Source: Desulfobacterales bacterium (lineage in GTDB: Bacteria; Desulfobacterota; Desulfobacteria; Desulfobacterales; UBA5852). Taken from it: 64,000 bases of DNA. Positions 20,247-29,537 of this stretch are shown here, one piece after another. Made by a program: the position numbers and the translations under genes. The stretch's first letter is position 1, and each line of letters begins with the position of its first letter. A model generated the notes under the pieces. That model was not told the origin of the DNA. It was given only the letters and a program-made list of their open reading frames with translations, and searched no databases. The stretch lies in contig CAXXVS010000003.1 of NCBI GenBank assembly GCA_963674755.2, positions 224,001 through 288,000 on the forward strand, written 5' to 3'.

Positions 20247-21116
20247 ATGAAGAAAAACGAAACCCCCCTGGATATAAACTGGCTAAACAGCAGGGCAAAA
20301 TATGACCGACAAGCCAGGAGCCCGGAAGTGCTTGATGCTTTTCTTGCGGAGGTGGAGAAAGCCCATATAACCTTGGCCGATTTAGGATGTGGGACGGGAA
20401 GCAATGCCCTGTTCTTATCGGAGAATTTGACTTCCCGCCACGCGGAATTTCATTTGGTGGAACGCGAAACATACCTTCTGGAAGAAGCCCGGCGACGCAT
20501 CAGGGAGAAAAATGCAGGATGTTGTGAGGAACACAATAATGCCGTTTATCTGAAAAATGGCGAATATCAGCATGCCTTTTATTTTTACAACGAACTGACA
20601 AGTGAATTTATGCGTCGCAAGGTAGACTTGCAGGTCGTATGTGCCAGTGCGCTCTTCGATTTGTTCACGGAGGATGAATTCCATGATCTGCTCAAGGGTT
20701 TGAAGCGGAGACATATGTCACTCTATGGCGTACTGAATTATTGCGGAACGGAATTTTCCCCATCGTGCGGAAGGGATGAAAAATTTGTAGGCTTATATGA
20801 AAACCATATGTCCCGCTTGCTGCGTAAAGGGCGCCCTATGGGTAAACGAACGATGACCTGTATTCAGGATGTGCTGAATCCGGAAAACGGTTGGAATTTA
20901 ACCGTTTCAGATAGCCCGTGGCTATTGGGTGCCAAAGAATCCGCTTTTATTTCCCAGAATCTGGCTTTTTATAAAAATGCGGTGCCGGAGTTGATATTGA
21001 ATCAGGAAGAGCAAACTGAATTCAATGAATGGATGGTGGAAAAGAAGAGAATGATTGCGGAACGAACGCTTGCAATGCGCGTTTATCATCAGGATTTTTT
21101 CGCAAGGTGTCTATGA
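20247..21116 (+). CDS. Class I SAM-dependent methyltransferase
   Basis: Motif I LADLGCGTGSN, VCASALFDL, GAGGA RBS, AT-rich codon usage. Confidence 0.85.
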   Translation: MKKNETPLDINWLNSRAKYDRQARSPEVLDAFLAEVEKAHITLADLGCGTGSNALFLSENLTSRHAEFHLVERETYLLEEARRRIREKNAGCCEEHNNAVYLKNGEYQHAFYFYNELTSEFMRRKVDLQVVCASALFDLFTEDEFHDLLKGLKRRHMSLYGVLNYCGTEFSPSCGRDEKFVGLYENHMSRLLRKGRPMGKRTMTCIQDVLNPENGWNLTVSDSPWLLGAKESAFISQNLAFYKNAVPELILNQEEQTEFNEWMVEKKRMIAERTLAMRVYHQDFFARCL

Positions 21117-21952
21117 TCGTGTCTCACAATATACGCCGCTACTACGAGCATAACGAAAAAAAGTTCCGAAGACTTGGTATTGATACCAGAGATCACAATA
21201 TTCACCAGCCACTGTGGGACCGCAACACCAAAACAAAACGGCAGGCAGCCAATTACGCGAATCATTTGATGTTAAGGATCATCAAAGATACCTTAACGGG
21301 AGGAAAAAACCGAATTAACGTCCTGGATCTCGGCTCAGGATATGGCGCAACAATCAAGTATATTTTATCCAATGCCGATGCGGCTGCGCTGGAATTCTCC
21401 GGCATCACGATCAGTAGAGCACAAGCCGGTTTTGCCAGAGAGAAACTGGGTGAGCGTGTACGCATTGTTTGCAAAGATTATCATGACCTTTCCCGCTATT
21501 TCAGGGGCATGGATATCGTATATGCGATTGAAAGCGTTGTTCAAGCCCGGAATCTATCCGTTTTGTTGCGTGAAGTTTCCAGGGCTTTAAAGCCAAATGG
21601 CCTCTTTGTGGTTATCGATGATTTTATTGATGATCAAAGGGATCCCGAAATTGCCGATAGGCGGATAATTCATGACTATCAGGCCAACTGGTTTGCGGAC
21701 GGTTTGATGGATTCTAAATGTTTTCAGGCACTAGCCCTGAAAAACGGGCTGCGGCTGAAAAGAGCTGACAATTTAAACCCATACGTGAAGTGGTCTATGA
21801 GGTCGCGGGTGACGGCGTTATTGTATCTAGCGGGTTTGCGGCACGCTGACAATCTTTACTTGAAGTCATTGATCGGCGGCGGGGCGCGACAAGTGGCGAT
21901 CAAGAGGGGGATCCTGAATTATCGAATGGCCCTGTTTACCAAATCCCCGTGA
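21113..21952 (+). CDS. Class I SAM-dependent methyltransferase (sterol/tocopherol-MT-like)
   Basis: VLDLGSGYG, GITIS..Q, YAIES, LKPNG. ATGA overlap with the upstream gene. Confidence 0.85.
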   Translation: MIVSHNIRRYYEHNEKKFRRLGIDTRDHNIHQPLWDRNTKTKRQAANYANHLMLRIIKDTLTGGKNRINVLDLGSGYGATIKYILSNADAAALEFSGITISRAQAGFAREKLGERVRIVCKDYHDLSRYFRGMDIVYAIESVVQARNLSVLLREVSRALKPNGLFVVIDDFIDDQRDPEIADRRIIHDYQANWFADGLMDSKCFQALALKNGLRLKRADNLNPYVKWSMRSRVTALLYLAGLRHADNLYLKSLIGGGARQVAIKRGILNYRMALFTKSP

Positions 21953-22133
21953 CGGGGAGCGCGGTCGATCATCAACAAAGATCTCCCATTATCGCTCCCG
22001 ACCGCGCTGGCATACAAAAACCCCGGCAGGCTCCTTTTGGGCCTGAAGACATGGAATAATGGGAGCGGTCCATTCTTCCCCCTTCGTGGCCACACATTTG
22101 ACCTTCCACCACAAATCCGATAATGCCAAATTT

Positions 22134-22246
22134 TGGCAAAACAATTGCCGAAAATTGGCATTCTATTATATGGGCTACCCCACAACATCTCGAAAACATA
22201 GGAATTACATGTAAAATCGAATTGTTTCACATGGCATTGATCTTGC
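22134..22246 (+). promoter_or_regulatory. Two candidate sigma-54 (-24/-12) promoters
   Basis: TGGC-N7-TTGC occurs at 22134-22148 and again at 22232-22246, upstream of the 22316 gene. Confidence 0.5.
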
Positions 22247-22315
22247 TCTGACTTCCCTGCTATCGTGTAAAGCGCGTCCCTTAACAACAGATCCCAATCG
22301 CATCAATCCGACATC

Positions 22316-23755
22316 ATGAAACAATTCTGTCATTATCACCCTGCCAAGCCGGCCTACTGGTCCTGCCAAAGATGCGGCAAGACCATGTGCCAGGAGTGTG
22401 TCGAAGCCCGGGATATGGGGGGCCACCGCCAGGGACAAAAGCTCCACGTCTGCCCCAACTGCAACCTGCCGCTCCATTGGCTGGGCGTCGGCAACATCAT
22501 CGATCCCTTCTGGAAACGTATCCCCAGGTTTTTCCTTTATCCTCTCTCCCTCCGGCCGCTGACCTTGATGCTGGGATTGTCGGTGGTTGCGGCCCTGCTG
22601 CCCAAGGCAGGAATCCTGGCCATCGTGGGGGCCGTCGGGATTTGGGGGATGGCGTTCAAGTACGCCTATGCGATCCTCAAAAACACGGTGGGCGGCGACC
22701 TCACCGCGCCGCCTCTGAATGCAACGAACCTCTATAAGGATTTCGGACCGGTCGCCAAGCAGGTCGGCATCTATGCGGCGTTCTATTTTGCGGTGGGGTT
22801 TGTGTTCATAGAAATCGGCCGGGGCGTCGGAATCCCCTTCCTGATGCTGGCCACGCTGTTTTTGCCCGCCATGATCATGCTGCTGGTCTGCACCGAATCC
22901 CTGCTGGCCGCGCTCAATCCGCTTATGTTCGTAAGGCTGGCCGTGAAGATCGGGTGGGGCTATCTGTTGATGTACTTCTTCTACAGCACCCTTGCCGGAG
23001 CGCCGGCCTTGCTCGGCCATCAGGTGCTGCCCCTTTTGCCGCCGCTGCTGCACGTTTTTCTCTTCACGCTCCTTCAAATCTACTACACCTTCATATCCTA
23101 CCACCTTATGGGATATGTTATCCTGCAATACCACGAGGCCCTTGGCTACCAGGTTGATTTCGAGGATTTCAAAACCCCGGATGCGGGCCAGGGGGGCGAC
23201 GCCGCTGCGGCCGATTCCCCCGAGGCCCACTTGCTCAAGCGGATCAATCAACAAATCAAGGACGGCGACCACGATGGTGCGCTGCGAACCATTGAGAGGG
23301 AAACCGGCGGAAAGAGGATTTCCGATCCGCTCCTTTCCGAGCGCTATTTTACCCTGCTGAAGATGACCGGCGCGGAAGAGCTGCCGTCACACGGGCGCCA
23401 CCACCTGGAGCTTCTGGTACGCGGACAGAAAAAAAGCGCGGCGCTCAGCGTCTATATGGACTGCCGGTCCGCAGACCCCGCCTTTGCGCCTTCGGCCGGA
23501 AGCCTGTTCAAGCTTGGCGGGTGGCTCGATGAAGCCGGTCAATCCAAGGAAGCCGTGGCCGCCTTCAGCACATTGACCAAGGCCTATCCCCAGGATCCGC
23601 TGGTGCCCAAGTCCTATTTCCGGGCGGCGCAGATCATCCACGCCCGGCTCTTGAACCCGAACAAAGCCCGGACGATCCTGGCGGGTTTGATCAAAAAGTA
23701 TCCCCAACACGACATCATCCCGTTTGTGGAGCGCTACCTGGCCCAGATGGGCTAA
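22316..23755 (+). CDS. Membrane protein: N-terminal B-box-like Zn finger, multi-TM (DUF4013-like) region, C-terminal TPR
   Basis: CHYHP...CQRCGKTMCQEC...CPNC, about 6 TM helices, and TPR-like helices ending in LIKKYP. Confidence 0.8.
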   Translation: MKQFCHYHPAKPAYWSCQRCGKTMCQECVEARDMGGHRQGQKLHVCPNCNLPLHWLGVGNIIDPFWKRIPRFFLYPLSLRPLTLMLGLSVVAALLPKAGILAIVGAVGIWGMAFKYAYAILKNTVGGDLTAPPLNATNLYKDFGPVAKQVGIYAAFYFAVGFVFIEIGRGVGIPFLMLATLFLPAMIMLLVCTESLLAALNPLMFVRLAVKIGWGYLLMYFFYSTLAGAPALLGHQVLPLLPPLLHVFLFTLLQIYYTFISYHLMGYVILQYHEALGYQVDFEDFKTPDAGQGGDAAAADSPEAHLLKRINQQIKDGDHDGALRTIERETGGKRISDPLLSERYFTLLKMTGAEELPSHGRHHLELLVRGQKKSAALSVYMDCRSADPAFAPSAGSLFKLGGWLDEAGQSKEAVAAFSTLTKAYPQDPLVPKSYFRAAQIIHARLLNPNKARTILAGLIKKYPQHDIIPFVERYLAQMG

Positions 23756-23779
23756 CACGGACAAGACCGGGCAGGCTTC

Positions 23780-25249
23780 TCAGCGGGCGCCGTCCGCTTT
23801 ATGGATGATGGCCGCCTCCGCGGAATCCGGATACCGTTTGCGGATCAGGCGTCGGTAGTCTTCCCAGCGGTCATGCCGGCCTTTTTGCCGAAAGGCCTGG
23901 GAAAGCTTGACCAGGCTCGACGGCAGACCCGGCGTCTGGGGCTGCTGCTTCATGATGGCCAGGATGATTTTCTCGGCCCCGTCGATATGGCCGGCCGTTA
24001 CCATGGCCCCGGCCACCTGCAGGTACAGCGGAATCGCGAGACGTGGACGGCGGGCCAGGTCGGCATACGCCCCATAGCATTCAACGGCGGCGGCATGATC
24101 GGCCCGATTGCGCAGCAGGACGTGCAGCCGCCGGCGGGCCGTGTCGTGGAAAACCTCGGATTGGGGATTGAGTTTATGGATATTGAAGAGATGTTTGAGG
24201 GCCTCCGGGTCTTCGGGTGACAACACGAGCACCTGTTCCAGCAGGCGCCGGGCCTCGGTCATCTCCAGTTGACCCATGTGTTCCAGGGCCTGATGCATCA
24301 AGCGCTGGGCTTGTTCTTGCGGCGACGCCTTGAAACTGTCCCGGTCAACACGGCTTAACCATCGTTTTGCGGCCACGGCCAGCAGCGCGCCGGTGACAAT
24401 GCCGCCGATATGCGCCACGTAGGCCACCTGGGTGGCATCGCTGAAATAGAGCTGATAAACTTCATTGGCCAGCCAGAGCGGAAGGAGCAGGATGGCCGGA
24501 ATTGCAACCGTGTCGAAGAAGAACCCGAGGGAATAGAAGACATTCACCCTTGTCCTGCCATACAGCACCGTGTAAGCCCCCATCAACCCCGCAATCGCCC
24601 CGGAAGCCCCCACCAGCGGCGTGGTACTGGAAGGATAGACCGCGCAAAATGCGGCTGCCGCCGCCAAGCCGCTCGCCAGATAAATGACGAGAAACAGAAC
24701 GCGGCCGGCACCGATCTCCAACATGCATCCCAGGATCCATAAAAAAATCATATTGCCCACAAGGTGCCCGACATCGCCGTGCAGAAACATGTGGGTAAAG
24801 AAGGTGGCGGGTCGTGGATAGGCCGGCCGGAGCCCGAAAGAAAACGCCGTGCTCTGGTTGCGATGCCGCTCGTAGGTGTGACGGGATGATTGCCATAGCG
24901 CAAACTGGGAATCTTCGCGCGGAATAACGCCGCCGTCCCTAAGGCGGTCAAGAAAAGCCGCATCTTCTTCCATCGCCATATGGACCGCCATGGCGGCTTC
25001 CACATCCATGGCTTCGATATCCTGCTGCTCGGGGGTGGTCTTGCCCTCTGCCTTCAGATAGTCGACATAGAGGGGTATTTCGATCTCGGCCAGGCCCGAG
25101 TCAAAATAGTACTGCTCGGCGGCAATCCTGTTCTCGCCGTCGTTTAATTGAAACACGAAGAAAACAAGACAATTGACCACCAGAAGTGTCAATGTGGCCA
25201 GCGGCGGGTTTTTCCATCCGATTTTCCCGGATACAGGTATAATGAGCAT
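23780..25249 (-). CDS. Rhomboid intramembrane serine protease with C-terminal TPR region
   Basis: HMFLHG..HLVGNM, catalytic GASGA and AHIGG, TPR-like C-terminus. Confidence 0.92.
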   Translation of the reverse strand: MLIIPVSGKIGWKNPPLATLTLLVVNCLVFFVFQLNDGENRIAAEQYYFDSGLAEIEIPLYVDYLKAEGKTTPEQQDIEAMDVEAAMAVHMAMEEDAAFLDRLRDGGVIPREDSQFALWQSSRHTYERHRNQSTAFSFGLRPAYPRPATFFTHMFLHGDVGHLVGNMIFLWILGCMLEIGAGRVLFLVIYLASGLAAAAAFCAVYPSSTTPLVGASGAIAGLMGAYTVLYGRTRVNVFYSLGFFFDTVAIPAILLLPLWLANEVYQLYFSDATQVAYVAHIGGIVTGALLAVAAKRWLSRVDRDSFKASPQEQAQRLMHQALEHMGQLEMTEARRLLEQVLVLSPEDPEALKHLFNIHKLNPQSEVFHDTARRRLHVLLRNRADHAAAVECYGAYADLARRPRLAIPLYLQVAGAMVTAGHIDGAEKIILAIMKQQPQTPGLPSSLVKLSQAFRQKGRHDRWEDYRRLIRKRYPDSAEAAIIHKADGAR

Positions 25250-25500
25250 GACGTTCTTCCCTGGAAGCCAGAATGATGCCGTTTCAAAATGTAAAACGCT
25301 CACGCTTGAGGGAAATTAAAAAGGCAATCATCCCATATGTCAAATGCTAATACCGGCTCCCCTGCGATCAGCAGGTTCTCCCGCCAGTCGTAGCGGCCGG
25401 TTAGGGAGGGCGGGGATAGGTCTGTTCGGTGGGAATTTCGGTGCATCAATCCACTCCCGTTTGAGTTTGCCAATTTGCCGGATGACCACCCGGCTTTCGC

Positions 25501-26001
25501 CTACCAGCCGTAGATGCGCACCACAGCGCGTTGCAGCAATAGGCGCAGGGTGGCCGCGTCGGTGTCGCTGAGGGGACAGCGGGCCTTTTTAGCGCCCCTG
25601 CTCAGGGACATAAAATAGCCGAAGCGCTCACCCCGTTGCAGCTGCAGACAACTCTTCGGCAGGGTGCCGTCGCTGCCGCCGCCCCGGACCTTGTTCGGAT
25701 CGTGAACAATTTGGCAGGTCCGGCCCTCCAAGCCCGCCAGAATATGCTGGATATCCGTGTCGGAAAGCTTCATCACGACCTTGCCGGCCCAGTCGTAGAC
25801 GAGGTTGCCGTGTCGGTCGGCTTGGTCGACGGCATTGGCCATCTCGACCATTAGGTGGCCCTTTTTCAGGACATGGACGTCGCCGTCGCGGGCGGCAAAG
25901 ATCTCGCCGTCAAAATGGGCCGGCTTCAGGGTAAACTGCACCGCTCCGGTGCGATTGTGGATCTTGAATGACGGGCACTGCATCTGGGGTTGATCACTCA
26001 T
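25501..26001 (-). CDS. Whirly-domain protein (putative ssDNA-binding)
   Basis: Colinear matches to plant Whirly motifs: KKGHLMVEMA, YDWAGK...LSDTDI, CQIVHDPNK, GYFMSLS, PLS, and terminal YGW. AGGAG RBS. Confidence 0.8.
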   Translation of the reverse strand: MSDQPQMQCPSFKIHNRTGAVQFTLKPAHFDGEIFAARDGDVHVLKKGHLMVEMANAVDQADRHGNLVYDWAGKVVMKLSDTDIQHILAGLEGRTCQIVHDPNKVRGGGSDGTLPKSCLQLQRGERFGYFMSLSRGAKKARCPLSDTDAATLRLLLQRAVVRIYGW

Positions 26002-26259
26002 GGGTCGCTTCTCCTGGTTGGGATTTTAATAGCGACCGAATATTAGCAATTTTCGTACCCGCATACCGCTTGCCCGGTCCCCCACATTCGTGGCCGCCGG
26101 ATGGCCATCGGCCACGCCTTGCGGCTACGGGCTTTTTCCCACGCGCCGGCGATGGTCTTTATGGTATCCTTATACGTGGTTTGGTATGGGTACCCCCATG
26201 CATTGCCCGGTTTTCAGTGCAGCACCGCCCATTTTTAAGCGCGTCCTTGCAGGGGAGAA

Positions 26260-26922
26260 ATGAAAAGCGCTATCGGAATTTTGCTTTGGTCCGCCATCGC
26301 TCTGGCGGCGCTGTTGGGTATCGCCGGAACCGCGGCGTGGTGGAATGTTTGGGTGTTCCTTGCGTTCATGGGCGTGACCGGTGCCGCAACGCATCGTCTC
26401 ATTCAAAACGCCCCGGGCCTGGCCGAAGAGCGCCGCACCGCGGCGGCCCGAGCGCCACATTGGGATGTAAACGTGGTTCGCATGGTTAACCTGGCATTGC
26501 CAGTCATGCTGGTTGTCGCGGCGCTCGACATGCGGTTTCGATGGTTTCCTCCGGTGTCGGCGGCTGTTTCGATGGCGGCGTTGGCCGCCATGATCCCGGC
26601 GGCCATGCTCACCTACCGCGCCATGGCCGCCAACCTCTTTTTCTCCAGCCACGTACGCATCCAACAGGACCGTGGGCATGCTGTGGTGTCAACCGGACCG
26701 TATCGCCTGATTCGCCATCCCGGATACGCTGGAGCGGCGCTTTTCAATCTGTTGGCGCCTTTGGCCCTAGGCGCTTGGGCGGCATGGGTGCCGGGAATCG
26801 GCACAGCGTTGCTTCTCATATTTCGCACCGCCAGGGAAGACCGCTTCCTCATGGCGGAGCTTCCAGGATACAGCGCGTATGCGGCCAAGGTGCCGCACCG
26901 GCTGGCCCCTGGTATATGGTAG
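26260..26922 (+). CDS. Isoprenylcysteine carboxylmethyltransferase (ICMT/PEMT) family membrane protein
   Basis: N.FFS..VRIQ.DRGH.VVSTGPY.LIRHPGY, EDR.L..ELPGY. Confidence 0.9.
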   Translation: MKSAIGILLWSAIALAALLGIAGTAAWWNVWVFLAFMGVTGAATHRLIQNAPGLAEERRTAAARAPHWDVNVVRMVNLALPVMLVVAALDMRFRWFPPVSAAVSMAALAAMIPAAMLTYRAMAANLFFSSHVRIQQDRGHAVVSTGPYRLIRHPGYAGAALFNLLAPLALGAWAAWVPGIGTALLLIFRTAREDRFLMAELPGYSAYAAKVPHRLAPGIW

Positions 26923-26971
26923 AAGAGGGGGATATTGTTGACCGAAAGCATACGCGTTCAAGCTGATACTT

Positions 26972-27226
26972 TCAATCAAGGGAAACCATCGCAGGCGCGG
27001 TTTGCAAGGCCGTGACAACTTCGCCCCAACGTGCGGCTTGCGTCTTGGTGGGCTCACTTCGCGGATCAATCGGCGCCTGGCCGCCTTGGAGGCTTGCAGG
27101 GGCCACCTCGAAGCCATGGGCCCTGAATTCCAAATAGGGTGCCGCCGCTTCTTCCAACCACAATCCTGCAGGGTGACTGTCATCGATATGGTAGTGACTG
27201 GTGACCACCATTAATATCGTTTTTGT
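26972..27226 (-). pseudogene. Truncated DJ-1/PfpI (type 1 GATase-like) gene
   Basis: TKTILMVVTSH...GLWLEE..PY..F...ASLQGG.APIDPRS then an early stop. The catalytic Cys half is missing. Confidence 0.75.
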
Positions 27227-28348
27227 CTATCGGCCGGGGAATAACTTTAAAAGACGACCATCGGAACCGTCTTCCAGTACGTACAAGGCCCCTTCCGGTC
27301 CCTGCTCCACCTCGCGGATGCGCTCTCCCCATTCAAAGCGTTCGGCTTCTTGGGCCGTGTCCCCCTTCAAGTCGACACGAATTAGAGCTCTCGATACAAG
27401 CCCGCCGATCAGCGCATCGCCTTTCCAATCGGCAAACAGCTCGCCGTCATAAATAACGAGGCCGGACGGGGCTATGGAGGGCACCCAATACGCTTTGGGG
27501 GCTTCGAATTCAGGGCGGGTGTCATGGTCGGGGATGGGCTTGCCCGAGTAGTGGTCGCCGTTCGATACGATGGGCCAGCCGTAATTCCTGCCGGCCATGA
27601 TCAGGTTCAACTCGTCGCCGTGGCGCGGCCCCATCTCGTGGACCCACAACCGTCCATCGGCATCGAAAGCGATGCCCAACATGTTGCGGTGTCCCATGGT
27701 CCAGAATTGTTTGGCGATCTCACCTTGATTTTGCCACGGATTGTCCTCGGGCAGGGTGCCGTCGTCGTTCAGGCGAATCACCTTGCCCAGATTACCGTCA
27801 AAGACCTGGGCCGGTTCGAATTTCTGGCGCTCGCCGGAGGTGATGAACAGCTTGCCGTCTGGGCCGAAAGCGATGCGATGGCTGTAATGCCCTTTGCCGG
27901 TGACTTTGGGCTCCTGAACCCACAGTCTTTCCACACCTTCCAGCTTGAGCGGGTTGTTCTTAAGATCGAGCCTGGCGCGAACCACCACCGCACCCCGTGC
28001 AGCGTCATCCATCCCGTATTCGGCATAGGACAAATAGACCCAGGCATTGTGTTCAAAATCCGGATGCAGCACCACATCGCCCAAACCGCCCTGACCGCCA
28101 TAGGCAACCTCCCACAGGCCCTGCACTTCGCTTTTCGATCCGTCCTGGGCCACATGCCACAACACGCCTTTCTTCTCGGTAACCAAAAGGGTGCCGTCAG
28201 GCAGGAAGGTCATGGCCCAGGGCTCGTCGAAGGTCGCGATCCGCGCGGCCGCCAGTTCGGTGCCCCGGGTACCCTCGATGGGGAAAGCGCCGCATGCCAC
28301 CGGGGCCGCAAGTGTCATGATAGCTAAAAAGAGGATAAATATGCGCAT
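27227..28348 (-). CDS. PQQ-dependent soluble aldose sugar dehydrogenase (YliI family)
   Basis: Signal peptide, [46 protein letters not shown]. Confidence 0.92.
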   Translation of the reverse strand: MRIFILFLAIMTLAAPVACGAFPIEGTRGTELAAARIATFDEPWAMTFLPDGTLLVTEKKGVLWHVAQDGSKSEVQGLWEVAYGGQGGLGDVVLHPDFEHNAWVYLSYAEYGMDDAARGAVVVRARLDLKNNPLKLEGVERLWVQEPKVTGKGHYSHRIAFGPDGKLFITSGERQKFEPAQVFDGNLGKVIRLNDDGTLPEDNPWQNQGEIAKQFWTMGHRNMLGIAFDADGRLWVHEMGPRHGDELNLIMAGRNYGWPIVSNGDHYSGKPIPDHDTRPEFEAPKAYWVPSIAPSGLVIYDGELFADWKGDALIGGLVSRALIRVDLKGDTAQEAERFEWGERIREVEQGPEGALYVLEDGSDGRLLKLFPGR

Positions 28349-28601
28349 AGGAATGAATCCTTTTCCGCTTTGGATAAATTAACGCCCTCTGGACCGTGAC
28401 GTTAAAAAAAGTTAGCAGGGGCGTCGCTCCCGTGCCGACGGAAGTCCGGAATGATATGCGATGACGGAATCTCCGCACGAGGATGACGATCCCTGCGGCC
28501 AGCGACTTTTTACCGCTTTGGAAATGAGGTATCAGCGACAAGCTAGGCGGCCCAATGCACGCTGTCAAACCGTCCACTTATTATAACCAAGCGGATCTCG
28601 A

Positions 28602-29240
28602 TCAGCTCTCGAGTTCGACAGCCTCCACCAGGACACGGGCCGTGCCCTTCTCGTAAAAGCCGAGCTTCCTGGCCGCGCCGGCGCTCAAATCGATGATCCG
28701 ACCCTCGACGAAGGGGCCGCGATCGTTGACCCGCACGATGATTTCCCGATGGTTCTCAAGATTGACGACGCGTACGAAGGTGGGCAGGGGCAGATGTTTG
28801 TGGGCCGCGCTCAGGCCGCGGGGGTCGAAGGCTTCGCCGTTGGCGGTCATGTGACCGCCTTCTTGATGGTAGGTTTCGTAGCCGTACCAGGAGGCGATGC
28901 CGGTCTCGCGATAGGTTTGGGCCTCCTCGACGCTCATGGGCACGTAGCGCTTGCCGTTGACCACGTAAGGCGAGGTTTTGACCCGTCCCAGGCGAATGGC
29001 TTCTTTGGGCGGCAATCCGTCGATGGTTTCGAGGTCGTCGTTCGTCAGGGGCCAGCTCAGGGGGGCCATGACTACGGTAAAGGTGAATTTGCCCACGTAG
29101 TAGACGGTCTTGCCGGCGAATTTGGTGACCTGATAGCCCAGCTTCAGAGTGCCGACTGTAACATCGTACGTGGTTTCGATGATGCTGCAGGCCAGCAGGC
29201 CCAGGCAGGCGGCGATCAGGATAAGTCGGGGCAGCGACAA
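28602..29240 (-). CDS. rlpA: RlpA-family lytic transglycosylase lipoprotein
   Basis: Lipobox LLAC, GIASWYG, TANGE, AAHK.LPLP, VRVNDRGPF..RIIDLS. Confidence 0.9.
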   Translation of the reverse strand: MSLPRLILIAACLGLLACSIIETTYDVTVGTLKLGYQVTKFAGKTVYYVGKFTFTVVMAPLSWPLTNDDLETIDGLPPKEAIRLGRVKTSPYVVNGKRYVPMSVEEAQTYRETGIASWYGYETYHQEGGHMTANGEAFDPRGLSAAHKHLPLPTFVRVVNLENHREIIVRVNDRGPFVEGRIIDLSAGAARKLGFYEKGTARVLVEAVELES

Positions 29241-29537
29241 GGTGGTGGTTCCCGGTTTTCGACGATCAACGGCATTGAAAGCTCTGCGCCGGTCAAGAAA
29301 GAGGACGGCGGTTTATATATCATAGTTTTTCCGTCGGCGCATGACCGGCTGCAACGGCCGTGATAGGTGCAGCGCTTCGGGTACCCTTCCTCAAAGCGGC
29401 AATGCCCTTCTATCGAAGAGATACTCTTATCTCCCGATGGCCAAAGGACATCCTTTCGCACCCGCGTCCCCTTGACCTACCGGGATTTCAGTCCAAGGTT
29501 CTTATCCCATAGGACAATTCGAGATGCAGGGGGAGTT

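Noticed and set aside
27227..27229. Pyrrolysine or amber readthrough fusion of the PQQ dehydrogenase and DJ-1
   Set aside because: The upstream protein is complete and the downstream part is truncated and lacks its catalytic Cys.
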